Origin: Elusimicrobiota bacterium
GTDB taxonomy: Bacteria > Elusimicrobiota > Elusimicrobia > Elusimicrobiales > UBA9959
Direction: 5' to 3'
Assembly (NCBI GenBank): GCA_036574205.1
Contig: JAINCQ010000021.1
Span: 18,794-82,793, forward strand
DNA length: 64,000 bases
The notes below the pieces were generated by a model. That model saw nothing but the letters and a program-made list of their open reading frames with translations. It was not told the DNA's origin and ran no database searches. Each line of letters opens with the position of its first letter. The stretch's first letter is position 1. Positions 49,933 through 59,973 of this stretch are shown one piece after another. Position numbers and translations under genes: made by a program.

Positions 49933-51259
49933 AGATAATCCTATCTCGCCCTTCTCTTTTTGCTCTATAAAGTCTTTCGTCTGCTACTCTTATTAACTGG
50001 CTTTTACTCGTTGCTTCTTTAGGGAACTCTGCTATTCCCATGCTTACAGTAATTGAAAATTTTTTATTTTCAAATTCAAAAACTTCCAATTTTATTTTTT
50101 TCTGGATTATTTTTGAAATTTCAACAGCCTGATTTTTAGGAGTTTGAGGCAGTATAATTGCAAATTCTTCTCCTCCGTATCTTGCAATAAAATCAAACTC
50201 CCTTACAGCTTTTTTAATAGTCAAAGAAACTCCTTTTAGAACATTATCTCCAATCTGGTGTCCATAGGTATCGTTAATCTTTTTGAAGTGATCTATATCT
50301 ATTATAACAAGAGAAAGTGGGCGTTTGGTTCTGGCGGAAACAAGTATTTCTTCGTCTATTTTTTCCTGAAAGACTCTATGTGTGAAAAGTCCGGTAAGAG
50401 GATCTTTTCTCGCAAGTTCTTCCGTCGTTGAATATAGAGAAAGATTTTCTATTGTTATAGATGCGGTGGTTACCAGCATTTCCGCGGTTCTAAAATCATC
50501 CGCTGTGAAATAGTTTTCTTTTGTTGAACTGATTTTTATAACCGCTATCACATTTGAAAATGCTGAAAGAGGAATATAGAGCGAAGAGTTTTCTTCTTCC
50601 TTAAAATGATTACGCCCATATCTTGTCTCTTTTTTAATTGATGGAATAAATATCGGCATTTTCGTTTTAAAAACATCCTCTACTATCCTGGAATATCTCA
50701 AAGAAATAATAAACTCACTTGTGCTTTCTGGAAATAAATAACCAAGTCCTCTCATAAGTTGTTCAACTATCTGGTCGTTATTTTTTGAGTTTTGAATGGC
50801 TTTTAGTATGGCAAATACCTTTTGTCTGGACTGATTTTTAGACTCAACGTTTTCCCTGTATTGTTGATAAAAGGTTAACTTTGAGTTTATTTCGTCTATA
50901 TTTTTTTTTATTTCTAAAATCTTTCTTTCAATATTTTCATTATCATCAATACTTTTTTTCTCTATTGAATTTTTTGCGATGGAAAAAAAAAGAACAGATA
51001 AAAAACCTACAAAATTTGCCGCATATACGGTAAAATTTCCAGAGTTGAAAATTTTTGGAAGTATAAGTGATATGAAGAATATAAATGATAAAAACACAAA
51101 GCGAATCTCAAAATCGCCATACCTTAATATTGACAACGGGATGACAAAAAAAGGAATTATTTTAGCAGAGTTTTTGTGATTTTCAAAGAGAATGAGAGCT
51201 ACAACAGCAAAAAGAGCCGCACAGTAAAATGCTCTTTTTCTGGATTCATTAATAATCAT
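49925..51259 (-). CDS. Membrane-anchored GAF-GGDEF diguanylate cyclase
   Basis: N-terminal TMs, GAF-like region, DPLTGL, REFD I-site, RYGGEEF. Confidence 0.9.
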   Translation of the reverse strand: MIINESRKRAFYCAALFAVVALILFENHKNSAKIIPFFVIPLSILRYGDFEIRFVFLSFIFFISLILPKIFNSGNFTVYAANFVGFLSVLFFSIAKNSIEKKSIDDNENIERKILEIKKNIDEINSKLTFYQQYRENVESKNQSRQKVFAILKAIQNSKNNDQIVEQLMRGLGYLFPESTSEFIISLRYSRIVEDVFKTKMPIFIPSIKKETRYGRNHFKEEENSSLYIPLSAFSNVIAVIKISSTKENYFTADDFRTAEMLVTTASITIENLSLYSTTEELARKDPLTGLFTHRVFQEKIDEEILVSARTKRPLSLVIIDIDHFKKINDTYGHQIGDNVLKGVSLTIKKAVREFDFIARYGGEEFAIILPQTPKNQAVEISKIIQKKIKLEVFEFENKKFSITVSMGIAEFPKEATSKSQLIRVADERLYRAKREGRDRIIYE

Positions 51260-51354
51260 TTATTAAATTTTATCAATTTTGATTCTTTTTTGCCAATATT
51301 TATTTAGCTTGTTGATTTTCTAAAAAAGTTAAAAAATGCTAAACTTTAATTATT

Positions 51355-52176
51355 ATGAAATACATAAATATATTAGTGGTATGCTTTCTCATCTTCTCAT
51401 TTTCGTGCAAGAGTAAAGAAAGTAAGACAAAGATTCTTGCAAAAGTGGGGAACACCTACATAACTGAGGATTACCTCAATGAAAAAGTTATGGAGATAGG
51501 TGAATTTGATTACCTTAAAACCAGGATAGGGAAAAAGCAATTTCTGGATGTGCTCATAAATGAGCAGCTTGTTAAAATAGCATCGGAAAACAGCGATATA
51601 AAAGGCTCAAAAGAGTATAAGGAAAATGTGGCTAAGATAGAAAATGAGTTAAAAAAAAGGATGGAGGAATATAGAAATGTTATTCTTGCCAAAATGTGGC
51701 TTGAAAAATTGAGAAATACTGAGTTAAAAACAACTGACGTAGAGATTGAAAAATTTATAAAAGAAAATCCTTATTCTGTTTCCTTTGATCAGGTAATAAC
51801 TACTGATTATGAAACGGCTCAAAGTATAATATCCGAGATGAAAAGAGGGGTTTCTGTAGAGAGTATCGCCCAAAAATATAAGGATAATGACAGTGTTGTT
51901 GTTAATAAGCTGCCACCTGTCATAAAAGGTGAGTTAATGGGGGAGCTTGAGGATGTTGTTTTTAAGATGAAGATTGGCGAAATAGGTGGCATAATAAAAA
52001 CCAAGCTTGGATATCATATAATAAAGAAAAACTCTCAAAATGTTTATTTAACGGCATCAAACCCTCAGGCAAAGGAGAGAGTCAGAAGGGTTCTTGAGAA
52101 AAAAAAATTTGACGATTATATAAGCAAACTTCAATCGAAATATAAAGTGGAGGTGGTTGATGAAGAGTATAAATAG
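51355..52176 (+). CDS. Parvulin-type PPIase lipoprotein (PrsA/PpiC-like, degenerate)
   Basis: Lipobox-like FSFSC, LAKVG..IT, IKTKLGYHII. Confidence 0.75.
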   Translation: MKYINILVVCFLIFSFSCKSKESKTKILAKVGNTYITEDYLNEKVMEIGEFDYLKTRIGKKQFLDVLINEQLVKIASENSDIKGSKEYKENVAKIENELKKRMEEYRNVILAKMWLEKLRNTELKTTDVEIEKFIKENPYSVSFDQVITTDYETAQSIISEMKRGVSVESIAQKYKDNDSVVVNKLPPVIKGELMGELEDVVFKMKIGEIGGIIKTKLGYHIIKKNSQNVYLTASNPQAKERVRRVLEKKKFDDYISKLQSKYKVEVVDEEYK

Positions 52177-53248
52177 TATTTTCCTTATGCTTTTTGCCTC
52201 TTCTTCCCTATTTTCTCAGGTCAAAGAAGATATAGTGGCAAAAATAAACGGAGAAGCAGTACTGCGATCAGAATTTGACAAAGCCAAACAGATGATAATA
52301 GAGCAGTATGCAGAGTTTTCTCCTCAAACACTCAAAGAAGATAGATGGGAAGATAAGGTTAACAAAATGGCCTTTGAGAAAATCGTAGGTGAAGTTTTAA
52401 TAAAACAGGAATCGGCTAAGTTAAATGTAAAAGTAACTGAGCGAGAGATTGAAAACGGAGCTAATGAAGTTAAATCAAGGTTTTCTTACGATGTAAAAGG
52501 TAATCGCCTTTCTAATGCCGAGGCGGAAAAAGCTTTTTTTGACGAACTAAAAAAGCAGAATATGACATATGAAGAGTTTAAGGCAAAAATAAAAAGAGAT
52601 TTAATGGCAAGAAAACTTGTAGATCAGTTAATAAAACCAAAGATTGCTCCACCATCTGAATCTGAGTTGAAACTATTTTTTGACAAAGTAATGCTTGTAA
52701 TGAATGGGACTGAAACATTAAAGACAAACGAATCTGATATGGAGGATTACGCGGCTATAGCCAGTAAGTTTAAAGAGGTTTTCTCGGAAAGGATAAGGCT
52801 TAAACATATCCTTATAAAGTTTGATAAGAGTGATATAGTATCAAAAAATCAAGCTCTTGAAAAAGCAAAAAATATTAGAAATAGAATAATTAATGGAGAA
52901 GATTTTGATGATATTGCAATAAAAGAATCTGATGACAGCGATAGCGCAAAGCGTGGTGGTGATATAGGATATGTGATAAAAGGTATGCTTCCTCAAGAAC
53001 TTGAAAAAACAGCTTTTTCAATAAACTTAGGAGAAATATCAAATCCAATTGAAACTGATTTTGGATATCATATAATTTGTGTAACTGAAAAGAAAATAGC
53101 TCAAAAAGTAAGATTTGATATGGTTAAAGATGAATTAGCTAATATAATGATGCAGAAAAAGTTTGCGGAAGAGGTTGAAAAATATGTGAAGGAATTGAAG
53201 AAAAAAGCAAAAATAGAAATTTTTGATAGCAAAATTGAAAAAAAATAA
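52160..53248 (+). CDS. surA: SurA-like periplasmic chaperone/PPIase
   Basis: Signal peptide, VAKINGE, HILI, S.D..SAKRGGDIG, ETDFGYHII; upstream of pdxA. Confidence 0.8.
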   Translation: MKSINSIFLMLFASSSLFSQVKEDIVAKINGEAVLRSEFDKAKQMIIEQYAEFSPQTLKEDRWEDKVNKMAFEKIVGEVLIKQESAKLNVKVTEREIENGANEVKSRFSYDVKGNRLSNAEAEKAFFDELKKQNMTYEEFKAKIKRDLMARKLVDQLIKPKIAPPSESELKLFFDKVMLVMNGTETLKTNESDMEDYAAIASKFKEVFSERIRLKHILIKFDKSDIVSKNQALEKAKNIRNRIINGEDFDDIAIKESDDSDSAKRGGDIGYVIKGMLPQELEKTAFSINLGEISNPIETDFGYHIICVTEKKIAQKVRFDMVKDELANIMMQKKFAEEVEKYVKELKKKAKIEIFDSKIEKK

Positions 53249-53282
53249 ATTTATCCACTAAATCTGAATTTAATCAAAATGT

Positions 53283-54224
53283 ATGGGAGTAAGAGTCCTA
53301 ATTACTCAGGGAGACCCTTCCGGGATAGGTCCTGAGGTAATAGTAAAGGCGGTAAGAAATCTAAATAAAAAAGAGCGTGATAATATTTTACTTGTTGGGG
53401 ATAGAGATATTTTTATAAAAGCAGGATGGAATTCTAATCTATGTTCTATTATCCCGACTGAGGTCTTTGGTTTCAGGCTTATAAAATCGACCTCAAATGC
53501 TTTTTCTGGAAAGCTTTCTTTTAAGTCACTTGATGTGGCGTTAAAGATTCTTGAATCAAAAAGAGCTGATGCGCTTGTTACAGCTCCAATTTCAAAAAAA
53601 TCATGGGATATGGCAGGCATAAAATATCCAGGGCATACTGAGTATTTTAGAAAAAAGTTTGGTAAAGACCTTTTAATGTGTTTTAATAAGGACAAAATGA
53701 ATTTTGCGCTTCTTACAGAACATATACCACTAAAAGATGTCTCAAGATATGTAACTCAACATAATATAAAATTGAAAATAACACTTTTGAAAGAAATGAT
53801 TTCCTTCTTTAATTTTTCTAAGAATCCAATTATATTAGTTGCAGGGTTAAATCCTCATTGTGGCGATGGCGGGGTTATAGGCATGGAAGAAAAAAAATAT
53901 ATTATACCTGCTATTAGAGCTATGAAAAAAAGTGGGGTTAAGGTTTTTGGTCCTTATAACCCGGATGATATATTTGAAAAATATTTTAAGATGAAAGCCA
54001 ATGGGGCAATTTTTATGTATCATGAACAGTTGATTCCTCTTTTAAAAGTTATAAGCAAAAAAAATGATATAGTCCATATAACGTGGGGTCTTGATTTTAT
54101 AAGAACTTCTCCCGCTCATGGAACTGCTTTTGATATAGCCTGGAAAAATATTGCGGATGAAACTTCTATGTATAAAGCGATAAAAACAGCTATGATGCTT
54201 ATTAGAAGAAAAAATTCTTTCTAA
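53283..54224 (+). CDS. pdxA: 4-hydroxythreonine-4-phosphate dehydrogenase
   Basis: GDPSGIGPE, TAPISK, GHTE, GLNPH, MYHEQ, RTSPAHGTAFDIA. Confidence 0.93.
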   Translation: MGVRVLITQGDPSGIGPEVIVKAVRNLNKKERDNILLVGDRDIFIKAGWNSNLCSIIPTEVFGFRLIKSTSNAFSGKLSFKSLDVALKILESKRADALVTAPISKKSWDMAGIKYPGHTEYFRKKFGKDLLMCFNKDKMNFALLTEHIPLKDVSRYVTQHNIKLKITLLKEMISFFNFSKNPIILVAGLNPHCGDGGVIGMEEKKYIIPAIRAMKKSGVKVFGPYNPDDIFEKYFKMKANGAIFMYHEQLIPLLKVISKKNDIVHITWGLDFIRTSPAHGTAFDIAWKNIADETSMYKAIKTAMMLIRRKNSF

Positions 54225-54231
54225 TATGTTT

Positions 54232-55005
54232 TTATTGTATTTGTTGAAGAGTTATAATATTTACTGTCTTTGGGATCTTAGTTGCTGAATGAAAGTCTCT
54301 TTTTGAATTTTTATTATCCTCAGAGAGTTCAAAAATATCCACCCTGTAAAATATAGTAGCTTTATTTTTTTCTATTTTAACACTATCTATTTTAAAAATA
54401 CCTGGTGCAAGTTCAGATTTGGATATTATAGCCGCTATCTTTTCTTTTTCAAAATCCACCGCAATATTTTCCCTCACTCTGTTGTGAGAGATAAACTCTG
54501 ACCAGGAATTAGAAGTCGTGAATATTTTATAATCACATGGAGCATAAATTGGAGTAATGTTTGAAAATTCTTTCCCAATATCTGGGACAACCACTGTATT
54601 TATTTTTTCGCTTTTTTTAATATTATCATAAAGGTTTATTTTTTTGTTAAGATCAGATTCCTTTAAATTAACATAAACCTTATTCTTTGATTTCGCCATC
54701 TCAGCAAGCCTTGTCATAGGGTCAAGCTCTTTTTCCGCAACCTCAATAAAGTTTTTATTTTTAATAAGTTTTATTGCTTCAGTTTCATATACATCTTTGC
54801 TTGAGATATTTATTTTTTCTATATTTCTTCTTTTAATATCTTCAAGCGAAACTCTGGCTTGAGCTATAGCGTTTGCGGCATAATCGGTTTCAAACGGAGT
54901 GACAACGCTTCTGGCAGAATATTTTTTTTCTATAATAGCATAAGTAACGATTAAAACAACACAGAAAGCAAAAAGCAATATATATAATTTTCTGTTTAAT
55001 TTCAT
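54232..55005 (-). CDS. Hypothetical membrane-anchored protein
   Basis: Long ORF with N-terminal TM; start at 55005 inferred from -10 element spacing. Confidence 0.7.
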   Translation of the reverse strand: MKLNRKLYILLFAFCVVLIVTYAIIEKKYSARSVVTPFETDYAANAIAQARVSLEDIKRRNIEKINISSKDVYETEAIKLIKNKNFIEVAEKELDPMTRLAEMAKSKNKVYVNLKESDLNKKINLYDNIKKSEKINTVVVPDIGKEFSNITPIYAPCDYKIFTTSNSWSEFISHNRVRENIAVDFEKEKIAAIISKSELAPGIFKIDSVKIEKNKATIFYRVDIFELSEDNKNSKRDFHSATKIPKTVNIITLQQIQ

Positions 55006-55088
55006 ACACATAAATTTTACAATATTTTCTTAACTTCTTTGTATTATTTTTGTAACATATATTTTTTAGAATTTCTATTGAGGTATTT

Positions 55089-56954
55089 ATGAAATATTGG
55101 GTGTATATAAATGAGGAAATAAAAGGTCCGTTTGAAATAAAAGAGCTTGAGAAACTTGAAGGTTTTAATAATTCAACCCTGGTATGTCCTCAAACAACAA
55201 GTGAGGAAGATACAAAAGAATGGAAAGAAGCAGCATCATTTCCAGAACTGGCGGCTATACTCTCAAAAACAATAGGTCAATCACCAGAGCCACAAGTCCC
55301 TGATTCTGTTCAATTGCCTGTTTCAGATAAAAAAGAAGATGTAATGATAGAAAGATTTAATGCAAATAACTTATTTTCACCAAAACTTAATCTGGAAGAA
55401 GAGAAGACATACTTTCAAAGCACAGATCCTCTTACACTCTCACAAATAAGAAAAAGAAGCGAATCTATAAGCCAGGAACTATCTCAAACTGAAATATCAA
55501 AACAGGAAATTAAAGATGAACAGCTTGAAAAAAAAGACGAACAATCTCATAAATCACCTAATCAAATGCCTGATGAAACAGTAAAAGATCAGGTGGAGTT
55601 AAATATCGATGATTTAAAAATTCCGGATAGCGATTTGCTTATTTCAGGAAAGGAAACCCTTTCAGTAGAACCTACAAAAGAGCAGGAACCATATCAGGAA
55701 GTAAAAAAAGAGGTAAGTGAATTTAATGCTAATGTCTCTGAATTTAAGGCAGACATTGAGGAGTTTAAATCTGAGAAAGCTGATGGGGAAACAGATAAAG
55801 ATATTTCAACTATTAACCAGAGTGAAGTTGAAAAAATGTCCAGATATGAAATATCTCAAGAAATTGCAAGCAAAATAAAAGAGATAGAGGAAAAAATTGT
55901 GGTAAAAGACGAATTTGAAAAATTTAAAAACGAAATTGACATCCTTTTAGCTCAAAAGCTTGCCTCCCAACAGCCCTCTATCCAGAAGGAAGTTTTAGAT
56001 CATCTTGAAATAGAGGTGAAGGACTTAAGAGTAAGGATAGATATGATTGAAAAAAAGCTTTCAGATTTAGATAAAAATGCTGAACCGGTTCCACAGGAGC
56101 TTAACTTACAAAGCGATACTAATAAAACTAAAGAGGAAGATAAAAAAGATATAGAAAAGACGGTTATAATAAAAACTGAATCTCAAGAGAATAAGAAAGC
56201 GCCATCAGATCTTCCTAAAAAAATAGCAAAAGGGATTGGTATTATAATTCTTTTACTGGCAGTTGCTGTAAGTATTCTTTTTCTATTAAAGCAACTCGGG
56301 ATATTTGATTTTACTAAATTACTTTCGCAAAATAAATCAACGACTGCTTTAAAACAGGAGAGCGCCAATCCACCATTATCAATCCCTGTTACAGTGTCAA
56401 CGCAAACTGATGCACTTCAAGAGGTTCCATTGGCAACGCAACCTCTAACAATAAATATACCTACAGCAACCGTAGAAGGACAACAGCAAATTCAAAAAGA
56501 CGATATAGATGAGATAATAAAAGAAGTTAAAAATTATATGCTTAAAGGAAAAGATAATCTTGAAACAACAATTTCTAAGATACTTGCTTCAAGAAAACAA
56601 AATCCATCTAAAATTAAATGGTTTGCTGAGGAAAAAGATGGGTTATATATCATTACAGCTGAGCTAAACGACCATGCCAAAAAAACGATTTTCAAGTTTG
56701 AATTTGACCCAAAATCTAAAGTACTCAAGCCGCTAAACACACTTTCAATTAATACTCTTAAAATGATGATGCAGGATGAAAAAGTCAAAAAAAAGGTCGC
56801 TTCTAATAAAAACAAGCCTGCGGCTAAAGAAGTCAAAAAAAAGGCGCTTGAGCAAAAAACCTCAGAAAATAAAGAGTCGGGTGAAAACATTTCTCAAGAA
56901 ACCTCACAATCTTCGCAGTCGTCGGAGGATGAGTATTTAATTATTGGAGAATGA
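55089..56954 (+). CDS. GYF_2-like domain bitopic membrane protein
   Basis: N-terminal YWVY..EIKGPF....L...W..A..FPEL; acidic linker and coiled coil; single TM; extracytoplasmic tail. Confidence 0.7.
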   Translation: MKYWVYINEEIKGPFEIKELEKLEGFNNSTLVCPQTTSEEDTKEWKEAASFPELAAILSKTIGQSPEPQVPDSVQLPVSDKKEDVMIERFNANNLFSPKLNLEEEKTYFQSTDPLTLSQIRKRSESISQELSQTEISKQEIKDEQLEKKDEQSHKSPNQMPDETVKDQVELNIDDLKIPDSDLLISGKETLSVEPTKEQEPYQEVKKEVSEFNANVSEFKADIEEFKSEKADGETDKDISTINQSEVEKMSRYEISQEIASKIKEIEEKIVVKDEFEKFKNEIDILLAQKLASQQPSIQKEVLDHLEIEVKDLRVRIDMIEKKLSDLDKNAEPVPQELNLQSDTNKTKEEDKKDIEKTVIIKTESQENKKAPSDLPKKIAKGIGIIILLLAVAVSILFLLKQLGIFDFTKLLSQNKSTTALKQESANPPLSIPVTVSTQTDALQEVPLATQPLTINIPTATVEGQQQIQKDDIDEIIKEVKNYMLKGKDNLETTISKILASRKQNPSKIKWFAEEKDGLYIITAELNDHAKKTIFKFEFDPKSKVLKPLNTLSINTLKMMMQDEKVKKKVASNKNKPAAKEVKKKALEQKTSENKESGENISQETSQSSQSSEDEYLIIGE

Positions 56955-57118
56955 TTTTACTTTATCATAGCCAAAAGGCTAAAAGAAATTCCCTTAGGTC
57001 CTATTTTTAAATAGACCGAAAAGTAATTAAAAATAAATCAAAAGTCCCTTTAAAAAACTGTTTTTCCTTGTTAAAATTTATTTAAGATGTGGATGTATTG
57101 GTTTAGAGATTTTTAAAT

Positions 57119-57904
57119 ATGAAACGCAGGATAATATTATCATTAGTGGCATTGTTTTATCCGTTTTTTTTATTTTCGCAGTATATAGATCCCGAAATAG
57201 AGAAATATTTTGAGAAAAAATATGGATATCTTTCAGAAAATGGTTTTAGAGATAGTCCAGTATCAACAGTCTCAAAAGATTTTGCGTCTGAGGTGAATAA
57301 AAACCAGAAGATAATAACTTACTCACTGCTTCCTCAGCCTGACTATACAGAAACCCCTCTTCATTACGATTTGAAAAAGCAAAACACAACTGGCGCGATT
57401 TCTTACTATATACTAAACCCTACTTCCGGGCAGGACACAAATTTTATAAATTACGTAGCCATAGATATCTCTCTTCAAAAGAGGAATTATGCCTCTGTTA
57501 TAAACACCCTTTCTAAGAAATATGGTTTTATACTGGCTGGAGAAGAGACATACCTAAATGATAGCGAATCTATTGTGGTATTTGGATGGATTGATGAAAA
57601 AGCATTTTCAAACATTAAAAATGTGGTTGGGATAGATAAATTTTCTTTTTCAAAAAGAGAGATGAAAGCGCCAATGACCAGTGTAAGTCTTACAATTAAA
57701 ATTCCAAATAACAGGGATATTGTGGTATTTTCCGAAAAATTTGTAGAAAAATTATCAGAGTATGGTTTTGTTAAGAAAAGTCTTGAAATTCTTTCAAGCG
57801 ATAAAAAATATAGATTTACATTTATAAAAATAAATGGTTCAATCCCGATAGATAAGACTAAAATTCTTCTAAAATATCCATTTGTGGTTGAAGCAAAATC
57901 ATAA
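57119..57904 (+). CDS. Hypothetical exported protein
   Basis: Signal peptide; 261-aa ORF with no recognised motif. Confidence 0.7.
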   Translation: MKRRIILSLVALFYPFFLFSQYIDPEIEKYFEKKYGYLSENGFRDSPVSTVSKDFASEVNKNQKIITYSLLPQPDYTETPLHYDLKKQNTTGAISYYILNPTSGQDTNFINYVAIDISLQKRNYASVINTLSKKYGFILAGEETYLNDSESIVVFGWIDEKAFSNIKNVVGIDKFSFSKREMKAPMTSVSLTIKIPNNRDIVVFSEKFVEKLSEYGFVKKSLEILSSDKKYRFTFIKINGSIPIDKTKILLKYPFVVEAKS

Positions 57905-57923
57905 AAATCAATTTTATTGCCAA

Positions 57924-58727
57924 TCAGTATTGATTTAAGTTGCCCATCCTTTTTGAAATTTCTATTGATTTTGAGAAAAGATATAGTGAAATGGGAAAAA
58001 GAAAAATCAAAAATGCTATTAAAATTTTAATTTCTGCCGATATATCAACCAAATTAGCCTGGGAATAAAAAATTTTTTGAAAAGCTTTGATTGAGTAATT
58101 TAAGGGGATGAAGTCAGATATTATTCTTATTTTTTCCGGTAATAGTTGAGTCGGAAAGTAAACCCCTCCAAAAATACTTTCAAATATTGCTATAAAAAAA
58201 GAAATAATATCTCCTTTTTTAAATAAGACAACGAATGAAGAAGATAAGAAAGCAATTGAAGAAAATATTAAAACTGATATGATAAGGGTTGTTATAAGAG
58301 CCATAATGTTTACGGAGGATATCTTTATTAAATCAAATTGACAGACTATTAAGTAATATAAAACAGCCTCAATGCTTGATAATAAAAAACTGTATATAAT
58401 TAAGGAAATGAGATAAGAAATTATTATAGATTTGTTTGATATTATGAATTCAAAAACTCCGCTTGAAATATCAAAATTAATTCTTTGATTTATTGTAGAA
58501 TTTCCTCCGGAATAATTAAAAACTAAAAAAGAAACAAAAACATAAGAAAAATAATTTATATCAAATGATTTAAGATATCTTTCAACCTCATATTTGAAAT
58601 AAGAATTTATGAAATAAAATATCAATAAAGTAAGAGACAATGAAAATAAATTTGATATAAGAGTAAATTTATAATTTTTTTCTATAAGAATATTTTTTTT
58701 AATCAAATAAAAAATTTCTTTTATCAT
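57924..58727 (-). CDS. ABC-2 type transporter permease
   Basis: Six-TM pattern, GVFE, FGGVYFP..LP...IP. Confidence 0.8.
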   Translation of the reverse strand: MIKEIFYLIKKNILIEKNYKFTLISNLFSLSLTLLIFYFINSYFKYEVERYLKSFDINYFSYVFVSFLVFNYSGGNSTINQRINFDISSGVFEFIISNKSIIISYLISLIIYSFLLSSIEAVLYYLIVCQFDLIKISSVNIMALITTLIISVLIFSSIAFLSSSFVVLFKKGDIISFFIAIFESIFGGVYFPTQLLPEKIRIISDFIPLNYSIKAFQKIFYSQANLVDISAEIKILIAFLIFLFPISLYLFSKSIEISKRMGNLNQY

Positions 58728-59350
58728 AATTTCTCAAGATAAACAATTTCATCTGCTATTTCTTTTTCTTTTAAACTGGCGCTTGCTATTATTATTGTTC
58801 TTTGTTTTTTTTCTTCTTTTAATATTTTTGATAAACATTCTGAACTTTTCTCATCAAGTAGAACAAAAGGCTCATCTAAAAGCCATATCTTGCTTTTTGA
58901 AAGAAAGCATAAAAGAAGATTCGCTTTCATCATATTACCATTTGAAAGCTGACCAAATTTTTTGTTTATAAATTGTCTATCCATCATTAAAGTATCGCTT
59001 GCCATTTCAAAATCATTTAAATTATATGAAAAGTGATATATACCGCTAAAAAAATCTATATTTTCTTTTACCGTTAACTGCCAGTAGAATCTTCTGGTAT
59101 AGTTATAGACAATATATACCAATCTAGGGTTAAAGTTTTTTAGAAGGTGATTATTTACTATAACATCTCCTTTATCCGGTATTAAAAAACCAGCCATTAT
59201 TTTTAGTAAGGTTGTTTTCCCATACCCATTTGGAGCTGTTATAAGATAAATCTTATTTTCTTCAAATTTTAAGTTTAGATCTTTAAAAATATTCTTTCTT
59301 TTGAACGAAAATAGTTCTTTGTAAGAATAAGATATATTTTTTAGCTGCAT
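58724..59350 (-). CDS. ABC transporter ATP-binding protein (divergent)
   Basis: APNGYGKTT, FYWQLT..EN, LSNG, LLDEP. Confidence 0.85.
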   Translation of the reverse strand: MQLKNISYSYKELFSFKRKNIFKDLNLKFEENKIYLITAPNGYGKTTLLKIMAGFLIPDKGDVIVNNHLLKNFNPRLVYIVYNYTRRFYWQLTVKENIDFFSGIYHFSYNLNDFEMASDTLMMDRQFINKKFGQLSNGNMMKANLLLCFLSKSKIWLLDEPFVLLDEKSSECLSKILKEEKKQRTIIIASASLKEKEIADEIVYLEKL

Positions 59351-59916
59351 TATAATAAATTTTCTAAAAGGATTTTTCCGCCTAAAATTATAAGTATTAT
59401 TCCGGCTATTTTCTCCATCTTATTTTCAAAAAAATTTTTCCCTTTATATCCCATGTTTATTCCTATAACGCTCATTATAAAAGATACAATGCCAATTATT
59501 ATAACAGGTAAAACTATGGATGAGTTTAAAATAGAAAAAGTTATCCCAATTGCAAGCGCATCAATGCTTGTTGCTATTGCTAATAGAGTTAAAGTTTGAA
59601 AACCAAAAGGGCATTTATCGTTTTTTAAACAGCCTAACTCATCAATTTGATATGATTCGTATATCATTTTAGCTCCTATTATAAAAAGTAGGGTGAAAGC
59701 AACCCAGTGGTCAAATTTTTCTATATAAACAGAAATTCCTTTTCCGGCAAAATATCCGATTATAGGCATTATTGATTGAAAAAAGCCAAAGAAAAAAGCC
59801 ATCTTAATCATATTTTTGATATTTAAAATTTTCATTGTTCCACCGCTTGAAATGCTTACAGCAAAACAATCAAGTGAAAGACTTAATGCTATAATGAAGA
59901 TTTCAGTTAAGTTCAT
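59350..59916 (-). CDS. mntP: Manganese efflux pump MntP
   Basis: LSLDCFAVS, FQSIMP, DHWVAF, ATSIDALAIG. Confidence 0.92.
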   Translation of the reverse strand: MNLTEIFIIALSLSLDCFAVSISSGGTMKILNIKNMIKMAFFFGFFQSIMPIIGYFAGKGISVYIEKFDHWVAFTLLFIIGAKMIYESYQIDELGCLKNDKCPFGFQTLTLLAIATSIDALAIGITFSILNSSIVLPVIIIGIVSFIMSVIGINMGYKGKNFFENKMEKIAGIILIILGGKILLENLL

Positions 59917-59973
59917 TCATATATTTTATAAAATTAAAAGAAAGAGTCTTTAAATTTTAATTTTATGAAAGAT

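Noticed and set aside
16850..55028. Identical 17-mer AAATTTTACAATATTTT at 16850-16866 and 55012-55028
   Set aside because: Almost entirely A/T and overlapping the -10 elements already counted in the leaderless finding; not supportable as a separate operator
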